Source: Octopus bimaculoides
Taxonomy: Eukaryota
Reading direction: 5' to 3'
Assembly (NCBI RefSeq): GCF_001194135.2
Contig: NC_068984.1
Location: forward strand, 63,825,196 to 63,889,195
Length of the DNA stretch: 64,000 bases
Positions 1-11,166 of this stretch are shown here, in pieces. The notes under the pieces are model-generated. The model did not search any database, had not been told where the DNA came from, and saw only the letters and a program-made list of their open reading frames with translations. Each line of letters opens with the position of its first letter. The first letter of the stretch is position 1. Both the position numbers and the translations under genes were made by a program.

Positions 1-34
<34 letters not shown>

Positions 35-150
35 TTGTATATATGTATGTATATGTATATGTATTGTATATATGCATATAAGTTTATACATCTATGTATG
101 TATATATATATATATATACACACACATATATATATACCTATACATGCATA
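1..150. repeat. (TA)n/(TATG)n low-complexity tract
   Basis: Direct reading of the sequence. Confidence 0.95.
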
Positions 151-488
151 CACATATATACATGTATCAAAATGAAAGGGACACCTAAAAAAATAGGCAA
201 CACAATAAAGAAAAAGAAAATATGGAAAGGCTAATAGTTCATCTAATCAAGCATATAGGTCTACTAGAATTGCCCCCGACATTCTTATTAAAATAAAGTA
301 TAAAATATATTAAAATAATAACATAGAAACTAAGAATGGTAAAATATATATGATGAGAATCAGAAAGGAGCCTATTCTAATAGTATAAATGCTGATAATG
401 ATAACGTAATTAATAATCTAACTCTAGGTTCGACAGATGGCAGAGGGACTGATAGGATCCGTTTTCATAAACATAGGAATTCTAAGAA

Positions 489-1440
489 TTCTGGTACAAA
501 CTTCCTTTCAATTCCAGAATCTGTACTAATATATGCAATAAATTTATGGTGATTTTGCAGAAAAACGTCCCAGCTTCATATAAATTTCGCAAAATTTTCT
601 CACGTTCCACCTTACCAAATCTAGGTGCGATTGTAGCCCCCTGAACAGAAGATATGAAATCTAACCCCGCGAAATTTATAATGATAATGGTAATAATGGA
701 TTAACCCCTAATACTGATTCTAATAACAGCAGGTATGTAAGAATCCAAAATAACATTTGATAATACTGATGACCCATTCTCAGCAATTATCAATGCAATT
801 AGCATAGCTAACGGAGCCAATAAACCGCAAATGAAACAGCAAGTATCCCAAATGCACCTATTACTGATTGATGGCATAACATTTAATGGCGTAGTCTAAG
901 TCACTTGGGTTAATATAAAGATAAGTAATCATACGTGTTATAATAACTCGAATAATGGCGATATAGTACTTAATAATTCGTCTACGATTTTAAGCACTAC
1001 CTCGAATCACGACGCTTAAATTTTCACAATTGAGTAAGTAATGCTATGAATAATAATCACAGTTGCAATTGTAGGAAAATATCCTAATACCCGTTATTAG
1101 GTCAGTGTTTAGTAGGTAAAATTACGTATAAATGTAATAATAATGACAGAAACTAATAACTTCATTTTTTCTGGTGCTCTTTAAATATGAAAAACGCTTG
1201 AATAACAATTTTTCGTCCTTTAGACTTAGGCATAAAGCCAGCAGTGCCTCATTATCTACCAAAATCTGGGAACTCAAAGATAGTAATATTAAATTCAGCC
1301 TAAAATGGGATATTGTCCGTAGTGCTCAGCCATACACAAATAGACCGTATGGCTGTGAAGTAAGTTATTCAAATATAGAGATAAAGAAAACCTAACTAAT
1401 AATAAATTAGATCTTAGAATGTCATGTGTTCATAGGATTA
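489..1440 (+). mobile_element. Degenerate Penelope-like retroelement remnant (RT C-terminal/linker region, Cys-rich linker, GIY-YIG endonuclease region)
   Basis: Translations FWYKLPFNSRICTNICNKF...KIFSRSTLPNLGAIV (from 489), CNCRKIS*YPLLGQCLVGKITYKC (about 1065-1135) and RLNNNFSSFR..ASLSTKIWELKDSNIKFSLKWDIVRSAQPY (ORF 1174-1395) match recalled Penelope motifs; stops and frameshifts present. Confidence 0.75.
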
Positions 1441-2729
1441 CCCGTACCTCTAAATACTTTCGAAGCAGGCAATAATAAGTATATCACACTATAATTAAGT
1501 TGCACGAGTTATCTGGGGTGTCATATAGCATAGCCTCTATTATCTCGAAATCTATTTAGTATTGCTTTCTAATAACTCTTAAACCGTTGAACCTATATAC
1601 TTTCAATAATTATAGGATATATTTACACTTTCAGTATTGGGATTCTCTTCCCTCATAGTAAGTATGACATAACAATTTTACGTCTCCCTTAAGTATAAGG
1701 TATACACCCTAGGTATCTTTATTTGTATTTCCGTTGAGATATATATTTTATTTTATATTGTATTAATAATAATATTCTAAGAATTCTTTTCTATATACCA
1801 ATATAATTTATATTATATTTTGTAAAACAATCCTTATTTCAGTTTTTTATTTTATTTTAATTTATCCTGATTTATACCTCTTATGTAGTTCGGTAATTTT
1901 TTATATTTGTAATTACACATTATATTGTATAATCTTTTTTATATTTATATTTGATATTTTTATACATTTGTATATCCTTTCATAAACTTTCTAAGTGTTT
2001 ATGATTTATAAAAAATGTTTGACAATTTATAGTCATTTTGTATAATTTATTGGATATGGGAATCTTTATTTTTGTATATTTTTATCATGCAATATATTTA
2101 TTAAGTGTTTAAATTCCCCAATTATTTTAAGTATTGTATCCGCATGTACCTCATATACATTTCGTCTACCTTAAATTCGATACATAGATTGTATCCATGT
2201 ATTTTATACAATATTTTACGATATTTTATATTTATCCACCCTAATGAAGAGAATAGTTCTTATATTGGTTCAAAATATACTATGTATTTCTATTCATATG
2301 ATAATCTAACTGCGTCATACATTCATTATAGAATGTTTTTATCATGATTTCATAAACACTATGCCTACGAAAAGTCTTGATAGTTTTGTTTTATATATAT
2401 TACAATATCCCATTATTAGGTTTTAGATTTAATTACAATCCTTATTCTATATTTCTATAGATTGATTAAAAATTTCTCAATTTAGTATTATGAATTTGCT
2501 AAGTTATAAATTACTACCTTTCGTATCCTTCAATTCTAATTTCCGCCTCTAAAGGTTATATTACTTATCTTTTGGTTTTTCATTATATTCCCCTTTCCAT
2601 TATATTTCCCTCTATCCTTCCTTCTTCCATCTATCACCTCTTCCCCACCAGACATTCCCTTATTACTAACCCTACAACCTATCCTTTTCTGTAGATAAAG
2701 CTAGATATATGGTTCCAGTACATTGAGAG

Positions 2730-3435
2730 TATAGTAGATTGTCTGACGTTAATTGATTTATCGCCATTAACTGGGATACAGTGCATTTCATTCTAAATAG
2801 TTAAAGACTGCATTCTACATAAAGTTTTCTGAAAATAAGTAACTAGATCACCACTCTTCTTGTCCTCATCCAACTATTTCCCCTGCTACACTCTGAATTA
2901 TTGTAAGTTAGATGTGGTATGCATGATTTTCTAAACTCAGTCTGCCACAGATATGACAAAAGAAACAATGTAAATATTTTGAGTTCCATTACGGATGTAA
3001 ATATGTTTTTAAAAAATGGTTGTATCATTTGTGTTTGAAGTCTATGTGGTCATCTGAGGAGAACGGTTTATTTGAAATGAAGTAATGTTTTCATTAATCA
3101 ATTAAAGGAGCTGCTTGAATCGACCGTAATGAATTGACACCTGTACATTTTTGTTACACATTTATATTCTATTTACCTAACTTGGAATCTGCACTTCACA
3201 AATATTATAGAAAGTAATTTATAAAAAGTACATGTCTGAATTACCAAGAGCAGATATCTTCTCTTAGCTGGGTTGCAATATCTGCACATACAGCAGGGAT
3301 ATCAGGTACAAACACCCCTCAAGGAGTCTAGATATTCCATATTCAATTCACATTGTTTGAGTGTGTGGATTATACCTAACAAGGTATAAAGACCTAGCGA
3401 AAGGCCTCAATTTTGTACCTAATTCGGCGTAATCT
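2730..3435 (+). repeat. Copy 1 of an unidentified locally repeated degenerate unit
   Basis: Shares blocks such as caattaaaggagctgcttgaatcgaccgtaa and ggcctcaattttgtacctaattc with 6170-6385 and 7216-7680. Confidence 0.65.
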
Positions 3436-3471
3436 TCATTATATTTTATATGTGTGTTTGTCTGAATGTGC

Positions 3472-4004
3472 NNNNNNNNNNNNNNNNNNNNNNNNNNNNN
3501 NNNNNNNNNNNNNNNNNNNNNNNNNNNNNNNNNNNNNNNNNNNNNNNNNNNNNNNNNNNNNNNNNNNNNNNNNNNNNNNNNNNNNNNNNNNNNNNNNNNN
3601 NNNNNNNNNNNNNNNNNNNNNNNNNNNNNNNNNNNNNNNNNNNNNNNNNNNNNNNNNNNNNNNNNNNNNNNNNNNNNNNNNNNNNNNNNNNNNNNNNNNN
3701 NNNNNNNNNNNNNNNNNNNNNNNNNNNNNNNNNNNNNNNNNNNNNNNNNNNNNNNNNNNNNNNNNNNNNNNNNNNNNNNNNNNNNNNNNNNNNNNNNNNN
3801 NNNNNNNNNNNNNNNNNNNNNNNNNNNNNNNNNNNNNNNNNNNNNNNNNNNNNNNNNNNNNNNNNNNNNNNNNNNNNNNNNNNNNNNNNNNNNNNNNNNN
3901 NNNNNNNNNNNNNNNNNNNNNNNNNNNNNNNNNNNNNNNNNNNNNNNNNNNNNNNNNNNNNNNNNNNNNNNNNNNNNNNNNNNNNNNNNNNNNNNNNNNN
4001 NNNN
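3472..4004. other. Assembly gap (one of ten: 3472-4004, 8052-8124, 10173-11166, 16171-16361, 17505-17938, 39641-39775, 58037-58151, 59661-59840, 61743-61981, 63102-63580)
   Basis: N runs, most flanked by TA/CA/TG microsatellites. Confidence 0.99.
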
Positions 4005-4707
4005 TGTGTGTGTCGGGGGGTTCTTATATAGAATTGAACTTCTATATGTATGTGAATTTGCAGGATAGTAGACTAGCTGAATCATTAGAGGGTTGTGCAA
4101 TATATTTTGTGCTATTTATTCCGAATATCTATTTTCGTCGTGAAAATCCTGCTTTTAAATGCGTAAAAATTTGCTAGATCGACTTGCAATATTTTCTGAG
4201 AAACTCCGCTGAGGTCAATTTTATCTTTCATCACTTCGCGAATAATTACCCACAGTATCAAGTCAAGTACTTGTGTTGATTATAGTGACTACAACTTCAC
4301 CTCAAATTTAGTGACTTCGTGCGTAAAATTTGAAACAATTATCGTATAATAAACTAAAAAAAAACGTATCTCAAACATACATCTCTTCTGAAGCTTAATG
4401 TATTCCAAATAAATAATCAGTATGAACCGTAATAAATTTATCAACGAAGCATGCGTATGTTAAAGCTTCTATCATTTTTAAATAAAGGATTCAAATCACC
4501 GCTGTGTATTTATATCTTCACTTTTTACGATGTCACAGCAAGGAAAAAATATCGTTAGATATATAAAGGCTTACACTGTCATAGAGACACTTTCCTGTAA
4601 ACCAGTTACACATATAAATATGTGTGTATATATATGTATGTAAGAACGTATTTATGTATGTATGAAATAGTATTTTTTTTTTATCTTGGTGCGTTTTTAA
4701 ACATAAG

Positions 4708-4710
<3 letters not shown>

Positions 4711-4783
<73 letters not shown>
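4711..4783. repeat. (CA)n microsatellite
   Basis: Direct reading. Confidence 0.97.
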
Positions 4784-4785
<2 letters not shown>

Positions 4786-5219
4786 AGAGAAAAGGTAATT
4801 TTCCTTTATTGCATGTTTTACATGGTGTTTCAACTTTTTCTTTAACGCTGGAATTAAATGATTTTTTGAATGGTGTATTTGAATCAAATATTCTAATTTG
4901 CAAAACGTGATATTGCCGAAGGCTAACCATCATGATTCGTATTGGTATAGATGTAGTTGTTAGATAACGAGGATTGTCACTAATAGAACCCCATGAAGAT
5001 TCCGTGTGATGTGAATGAGGTAAAAAGTGTATATATTATTAATTTCACATTGATGAACAATAATATTACAACAATATTAAAATACAAAAAGTTCCGAATA
5101 TTCCCTGTAAATAATTGTCAACTACATGTTGAGCATAATTCAGGAGATATGTATTGTATAAATATATCTGACGCATATAATTATATGTATAAGTATATAT
5201 GTTCCTTTATTAGTTAGCT

Positions 5220-5935
5220 CTTACGTTTCCCCCACTATCATCCTTCAAATAAATTCAGCTCTATTTATAGAATATTAACACTACTACCTTTCTTTCTTAT
5301 TATACCTTTTTTCTTTTTATTACTATTTTTCGAACCCCACCAATATCATCACCCCCTACCGGTTCCTTTCTATCCTGACACTGAACACTACTGTAACTGC
5401 CTCCCTTTCCTACTTCACTTTATCTCTTCACACTCCCTTTCTCCACGTATCCATTTCTTTACAACCCTATACTTCCACCCCTATCTTTTTTTTGTCTTCG
5501 TTCTCCTTTCTTCAACCTTCCCTCCTAACCGTATATCTGACCTCACAGTCTCTTACACATCTCCCTCTATTCATCTATTTATAGCCTACTGCTTGCACCA
5601 CTACCTTCATTCTCCCTTAACTATTTCCTCCTCCATCCTTCCTGTCTTATGGCTTGAACTCACTTATCTTCCACTCATTTCGAGCTGTCTTTTAAACAAC
5701 GCACAGGGTAAACTGGATAAGAAATGTTATATATCTACCAATATAACTATAATTATCACTGGAAAATACCCACACGGATTCTATACATGGATATTTATCT
5801 TTGGAATGGAACTATACTCCAAGTACTTTTTCTTTGTTTTTTCTTCTCTGCATCGCTCTCATTTCTTACTGCAAATCTACTCATACAGATTTAATAATCC
5901 TTAACTTCTACTATTACCGTCTCCGATGAAGTGTT
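5220..5935 (+). mobile_element. Possible Penelope-type terminal repeat remnant (pyrimidine-rich tract ending in ctccgatgaag)
   Basis: Architecture resembles the minus-strand repeat at 28498-29345; no protein motif seen. Confidence 0.25.
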
Positions 5936-6169
5936 ACATTGAATTGTTACATCAATTTAAAATGCAGAGCAATCCTCAGCTCTACAAAGACATAGAATTT
6001 AATTAAATTAGAACAGATGGACTCATTAGTATAATTATATCTCAAATTTCCAAGACGTTACGGATATAGACAAAGAACATGCTGCCTCTACTACAACATA
6101 GAACTTAACTTCTATATAGCATGCTTTTTGTCTATCTCCTTAATTCTTGGAAATTTTAGGTATAATAAT

Positions 6170-6385
6170 ACTAATATGTCCATATGTCCTTGTGAAATTG
6201 AGGATTGCTTTGCATTTTAAATATATGTAATGATTACACTGTTCAATTAAATGGAGTTGTATGAAACGATCGTACTGCATTACATATGGGAATCCTTGCT
6301 GATTATTTTGATTTTAATCACTTTACTTTGAAATTGTATGGATAATTCTGCTGCCTCAACTTAAGTACCATATTCACCTGAATCT
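6170..6385 (+). repeat. Copy 2 (partial) of the locally repeated unit
   Basis: caattaaatggagttgtatgaaacgatcgta and tctgctgcctcaacttaagtaccatattcacctgaatc align with 7535-7680. Confidence 0.65.
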
Positions 6386-6389
6386 AAAT

Positions 6390-6575
6390 ACACGCGCGCG
6401 CGCACGCGCACACACGCACACACACATACATATATATATATATACACACATACATACATGTATACATATATATAAATATATACAGATGTATACATATATA
6501 TATGCATACATGCACACACACATATATACATATATATACACATATATTTACATATACAGACATATACATATACAT

Positions 6576-6607
<32 letters not shown>

Positions 6608-6665
6608 GGGTCCGTATATATATATACATATACATATATATATATATATATATACATATATACAT
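6390..6665. repeat. Mixed (CG)/(CA)/(TA) microsatellite
   Basis: Direct reading. Confidence 0.95.
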
Positions 6666-7085
6666 ACAAGGATATTAAGTTATTAGTGCATTACAGCCGC
6701 TTCAGGCAGCTTCAATTAATCGATCATTGCAAGCATTAATTGAAATGCCACGCCTTCCTCGGACGCATTGGTTAATATAGGTTTTCAACATATAATTCTT
6801 TTGCTATTCTTTTTTTTTTATCTCAGAATGAAAGAATTACATGCCTGTTTCTAGTAATATTGCAGAATGAACTTGGGAAGAAACTACCCCAACTATAATT
6901 TGGAGTGGCCAAACAGAATAACAATGGGTGTCAAGAGATGGTAATATAGCTACATTTTTCTTTGTCCTTATCACATGGAAAGGATCCAATACAGCTACTA
7001 TTCTACATCCACTAGGAATTAAAATCACTGAGAATTGACAGTTGATTTCCCCCTGCTGATGATAAATTGATTAATGACAGATACG
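6666..7085 (-). repeat. Copy 3 of the locally repeated unit (inverted; left arm of fold-back with 7216-7594)
   Basis: Reverse complement aligns along its length with 7216-7594, e.g. tatgttgaaaacctata and aattacatgcctgtt. Confidence 0.85.
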
Positions 7086-7215
7086 CTTCCCTACCCCTAA
7101 TTTACGGTGGCTATAAATTCGTTATGTCTACATAAATGAAAATATCTCAGAAGTCTGTAAGATAGTGGTGCCTGCTAGAAAGCGTGATGGTAGGTGTGAC
7201 AAACTATTTTATTGT

Positions 7216-7680
7216 TGTCAGTTATATGTGGTTTTAATGCTTGGTGGATATGCATTAGATCCTATGATTGTGATACGGAGAAAGATAAATGTGTCTATAT
7301 TAGTATCTCTTGATCCCATTGTTGTTCTCTTCTGCCATTCCAAATTATGGTTGGGGTATTTTCTCCCCTAACTTCTGCAGTAATAGCAACAGGCATGTAA
7401 TTTTTGTATTCTCTCATTCTGATGAGACATTTGCGAAAAAATCTGATAATGGAATATCCTGTATGTTGAAAACCTATATGGTTTTATGCAACCGAGAAAG
7501 GCGGTGTATTACAAATTGATGTCATGCTTGCATTGATCGTTTAAATGGAGTCGTCTGAAACGGCCGTAAGGCACTATTACCTTGATATCCTTGTTACTTA
7601 TTCACCTTACATCGAGCTTTAAGCTTAATACCCGACTCACTCTGTGCCTCAAATTATGTAACTAATTCAACTAGATCTAT
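7216..7680 (+). repeat. Copy 4 of the locally repeated unit (right arm of fold-back)
   Basis: Aligns with copy 3 (inverted) and with copies 1 and 2 (direct). Confidence 0.85.
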
Positions 7681-7962
7681 CTATATATGCGTGTGTGTGT
7701 GTGTGTGCGTGCGGGTGTGTGTGTGTGTGTGTGTGTGTGAGTGTGTGCGTGCGTGTGTGTTTGAGGAGAGAGGGAGAGAAAAGTTAGTTCAAGTAGAACC
7801 TTTAGAACTTTTTGTTAGATTTCTAATAAAGATTCTTCATGTCAAAGTAGTAAGTTGCTATTGCAAGTTATTTAAAATATGAAAATATGACAATTAAAAA
7901 TGTGTTATGAGTATTATAAGATACAATCTTATATAAATCCAATTAACAGTTTAAGATGTTAA

Positions 7963-8281
7963 AAATTCACATAAACTTTTAGCATCTTCGTTTCTCCATA
8001 TTTTATCTGTTAGTCAGGTTTATATAAGATTTTATCCTATAATACTATATANNNNNNNNNNNNNNNNNNNNNNNNNNNNNNNNNNNNNNNNNNNNNNNNN
8101 NNNNNNNNNNNNNNNNNNNNNNNNTATATATATATATGTATATATATACATATGTATGTATGTAGGCATATATATATATACAATTAAAAATGTGTTGAGT
8201 ATTATAGGATAAAATCTTATATAAACCCGACTAACAGATAAAATATGGAGAAACGAAGATGCTAAAAGTTTATGTGAATTT
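7963..8281. repeat. Near-perfect 84-bp inverted repeat (7963-8046 / 8198-8281) spanning a gap
   Basis: Arms are reverse complements with one mismatch seen; 7891-7940 is also a diverged direct copy of 8181-8228. Confidence 0.9.
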
Positions 8282-9490
8282 ATATAAATAAAGAAATAAA
8301 CGCTTGTGTTTATGTACTTTCTACGCGCGCGCGTGCGTATAAGTACTTACATGTCTAAGCACAACTCACTTCCAAGTTAATTTTATGCATTTAAGATGTG
8401 ACGAATAAAGGAAAACGAGCCAAAGAATTTTTATTGTAACAAATCCTGCAACCCTAATCTAAACGTGGAATTAGTTACGTTCCGGATTGATATTCCCATC
8501 ACAACTTTATGTATTCTTCCAGGTCGTAGAAGAATACCTTGAAATAAAGACAGTTAATAGAATTTATGTTTCTTTGTGCGCCAAAAAATCTCTGTCTGTA
8601 GTGAAAACACGACATTAGTAGATACTAAAAGCTGTATTGAATTATTTCTTACACTGATACTATAGTTTTAATTATTTCTTCTTTATAATTACTAAACAAA
8701 AATATAATTAATTAAAGCGTATCATTTAAGCGATCTCTAGCCACAATTACATCATTGTCAAATACATGATTTTGTCATGCAAAATAGAAATTGTAGGGCC
8801 ATAGAATTCGTGTTATAGAAATGTTAATATTCCGTAACGGCAGATGGTAGTAACAAAGGATTATTCATGAACCATTTAATATAATCATATACAACCCATT
8901 ACATGTTAGTAACCTCTTTTATGAATGATTGTTATTATATTAATACTAGTTTCCGTGGGAAGTAAACATTCAGACGAAAATCACTGCATCAATTAGTTAT
9001 ACAGCGACCTTAGTCTAAAGGAAGTTAAATAAGTATGTATATATATATATATGTGTGTGTATGTGTGTGTGAGTGTGTGTGTGTGTGTGTGTTCATGTTT
9101 ATGTGTGTGTCCTTGTGTGTATGCGTGTGTTTGTGGGTGGGCGTTTGTGTGTGTGTATGACTATGTTTCTGCTTGTATCTTGGAGTTAATATCCATTTCG
9201 AATCTAGTTGTCAGGTAATAAACTGATTATTTTTAATGTGTTGAGTACAAAGCCGATGCGGATTTTCTTTCTCACAGAAAGAAAACTGATCCTGTATTAC
9301 ATAATCCCTCTTGATTCTTTCAGTTTCATCTAATAGTATTTTAGATTACATTATACTGAATATTTTCTGTGTGTACATTGTATCCTTCTTCAAACACGTA
9401 TCATTCTTCAAAAACTTCAAAAAGCTTTACTGTATTCATAGTATAATGATTTAATATATTCTTTTTGTTTTGTTTCGAATTTTCTCATAG

Positions 9491-9671
9491 CCAACGAGTG
9501 AAACCATGGTAAGTAGCTCCTGTTTACTGACGTTGATTAATCATAACTGTGAACATGCCTACGACAGGTTGTTCACAAGTTCCTGGCTTTCAGTTATCGC
9601 GAAAAGCCTGGTTGGAAACCTAACCTCCCGAGTTCTTTTACAGAGTTTAGAAAAGCTGAAGGAACGCTGCA
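9491..9671 (+). CDS. Candidate exon pair: 9491-9508 ending in ATG, and 9568-9671 (VVHKFLAFSYREKPGWKPNLPSSFTEFRKAEGTL)
   Basis: tttctcatag acceptor, ATG|gtaagt donor, 59-nt intron containing tactgac, open 34 codons, CA|gtaagt donor; no recognised homolog. Confidence 0.2.
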
Positions 9672-11166
9672 GTAAGTGTGTGAATTTAAGAAGGGAATGT
9701 GTTGAATAAAACCATGATTAACTTATCCTTCTTTACTTTCTTTAACCCAAAGCCAAGAATTTTTCAGCATCCTTGCATATATCTCAGTTCGTGATGTGCA
9801 TCTTCTTTCAACTTTACGGATTATGCGTGACATACTATGATTGCTTAACTTAATCAGAAAGCAAAATCATATTTCCCTCGCAGCAAAATTGAATCGGCAT
9901 TTTGTTCTTGAAAGGATAGCTTCATAAGAATATTTCGTGTTTAAAACACAAATTTAGTGAAATAATGACTAACAGGTATAAGTATTTGTTGCACACTGAA
10001 AAGTATGATTTTATAAAGAATTTAATATATTTACTAAGTTTCTAATTCTCAGAAGTAAAGAAATGTGTTGAAGTCTTATTCATGTTCATGAAAGGCGCAA
10101 TGAAGGCAACACCACTTGATTTATTGATAGGTATTGCACAACTATCAGTCAATGAATAAATTTATATATATANNNNNNNNNNNNNNNNNNNNNNNNNNNN
10201 NNNNNNNNNNNNNNNNNNNNNNNNNNNNNNNNNNNNNNNNNNNNNNNNNNNNNNNNNNNNNNNNNNNNNNNNNNNNNNNNNNNNNNNNNNNNNNNNNNNN
10301 NNNNNNNNNNNNNNNNNNNNNNNNNNNNNNNNNNNNNNNNNNNNNNNNNNNNNNNNNNNNNNNNNNNNNNNNNNNNNNNNNNNNNNNNNNNNNNNNNNNN
10401 NNNNNNNNNNNNNNNNNNNNNNNNNNNNNNNNNNNNNNNNNNNNNNNNNNNNNNNNNNNNNNNNNNNNNNNNNNNNNNNNNNNNNNNNNNNNNNNNNNNN
10501 NNNNNNNNNNNNNNNNNNNNNNNNNNNNNNNNNNNNNNNNNNNNNNNNNNNNNNNNNNNNNNNNNNNNNNNNNNNNNNNNNNNNNNNNNNNNNNNNNNNN
10601 NNNNNNNNNNNNNNNNNNNNNNNNNNNNNNNNNNNNNNNNNNNNNNNNNNNNNNNNNNNNNNNNNNNNNNNNNNNNNNNNNNNNNNNNNNNNNNNNNNNN
10701 NNNNNNNNNNNNNNNNNNNNNNNNNNNNNNNNNNNNNNNNNNNNNNNNNNNNNNNNNNNNNNNNNNNNNNNNNNNNNNNNNNNNNNNNNNNNNNNNNNNN
10801 NNNNNNNNNNNNNNNNNNNNNNNNNNNNNNNNNNNNNNNNNNNNNNNNNNNNNNNNNNNNNNNNNNNNNNNNNNNNNNNNNNNNNNNNNNNNNNNNNNNN
10901 NNNNNNNNNNNNNNNNNNNNNNNNNNNNNNNNNNNNNNNNNNNNNNNNNNNNNNNNNNNNNNNNNNNNNNNNNNNNNNNNNNNNNNNNNNNNNNNNNNNN
11001 NNNNNNNNNNNNNNNNNNNNNNNNNNNNNNNNNNNNNNNNNNNNNNNNNNNNNNNNNNNNNNNNNNNNNNNNNNNNNNNNNNNNNNNNNNNNNNNNNNNN
11101 NNNNNNNNNNNNNNNNNNNNNNNNNNNNNNNNNNNNNNNNNNNNNNNNNNNNNNNNNNNNNNNNNN

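Noticed and set aside
5917-5970. ccgatgaag hammerhead-like string
   Set aside because: No GAAA core or stem II recognisable
7417-7455. CTGATGAG...GAAA hammerhead-like string
   Set aside because: Stem II is incomplete and no helix III or NUH arrangement pairs; it lies inside the repeated unit
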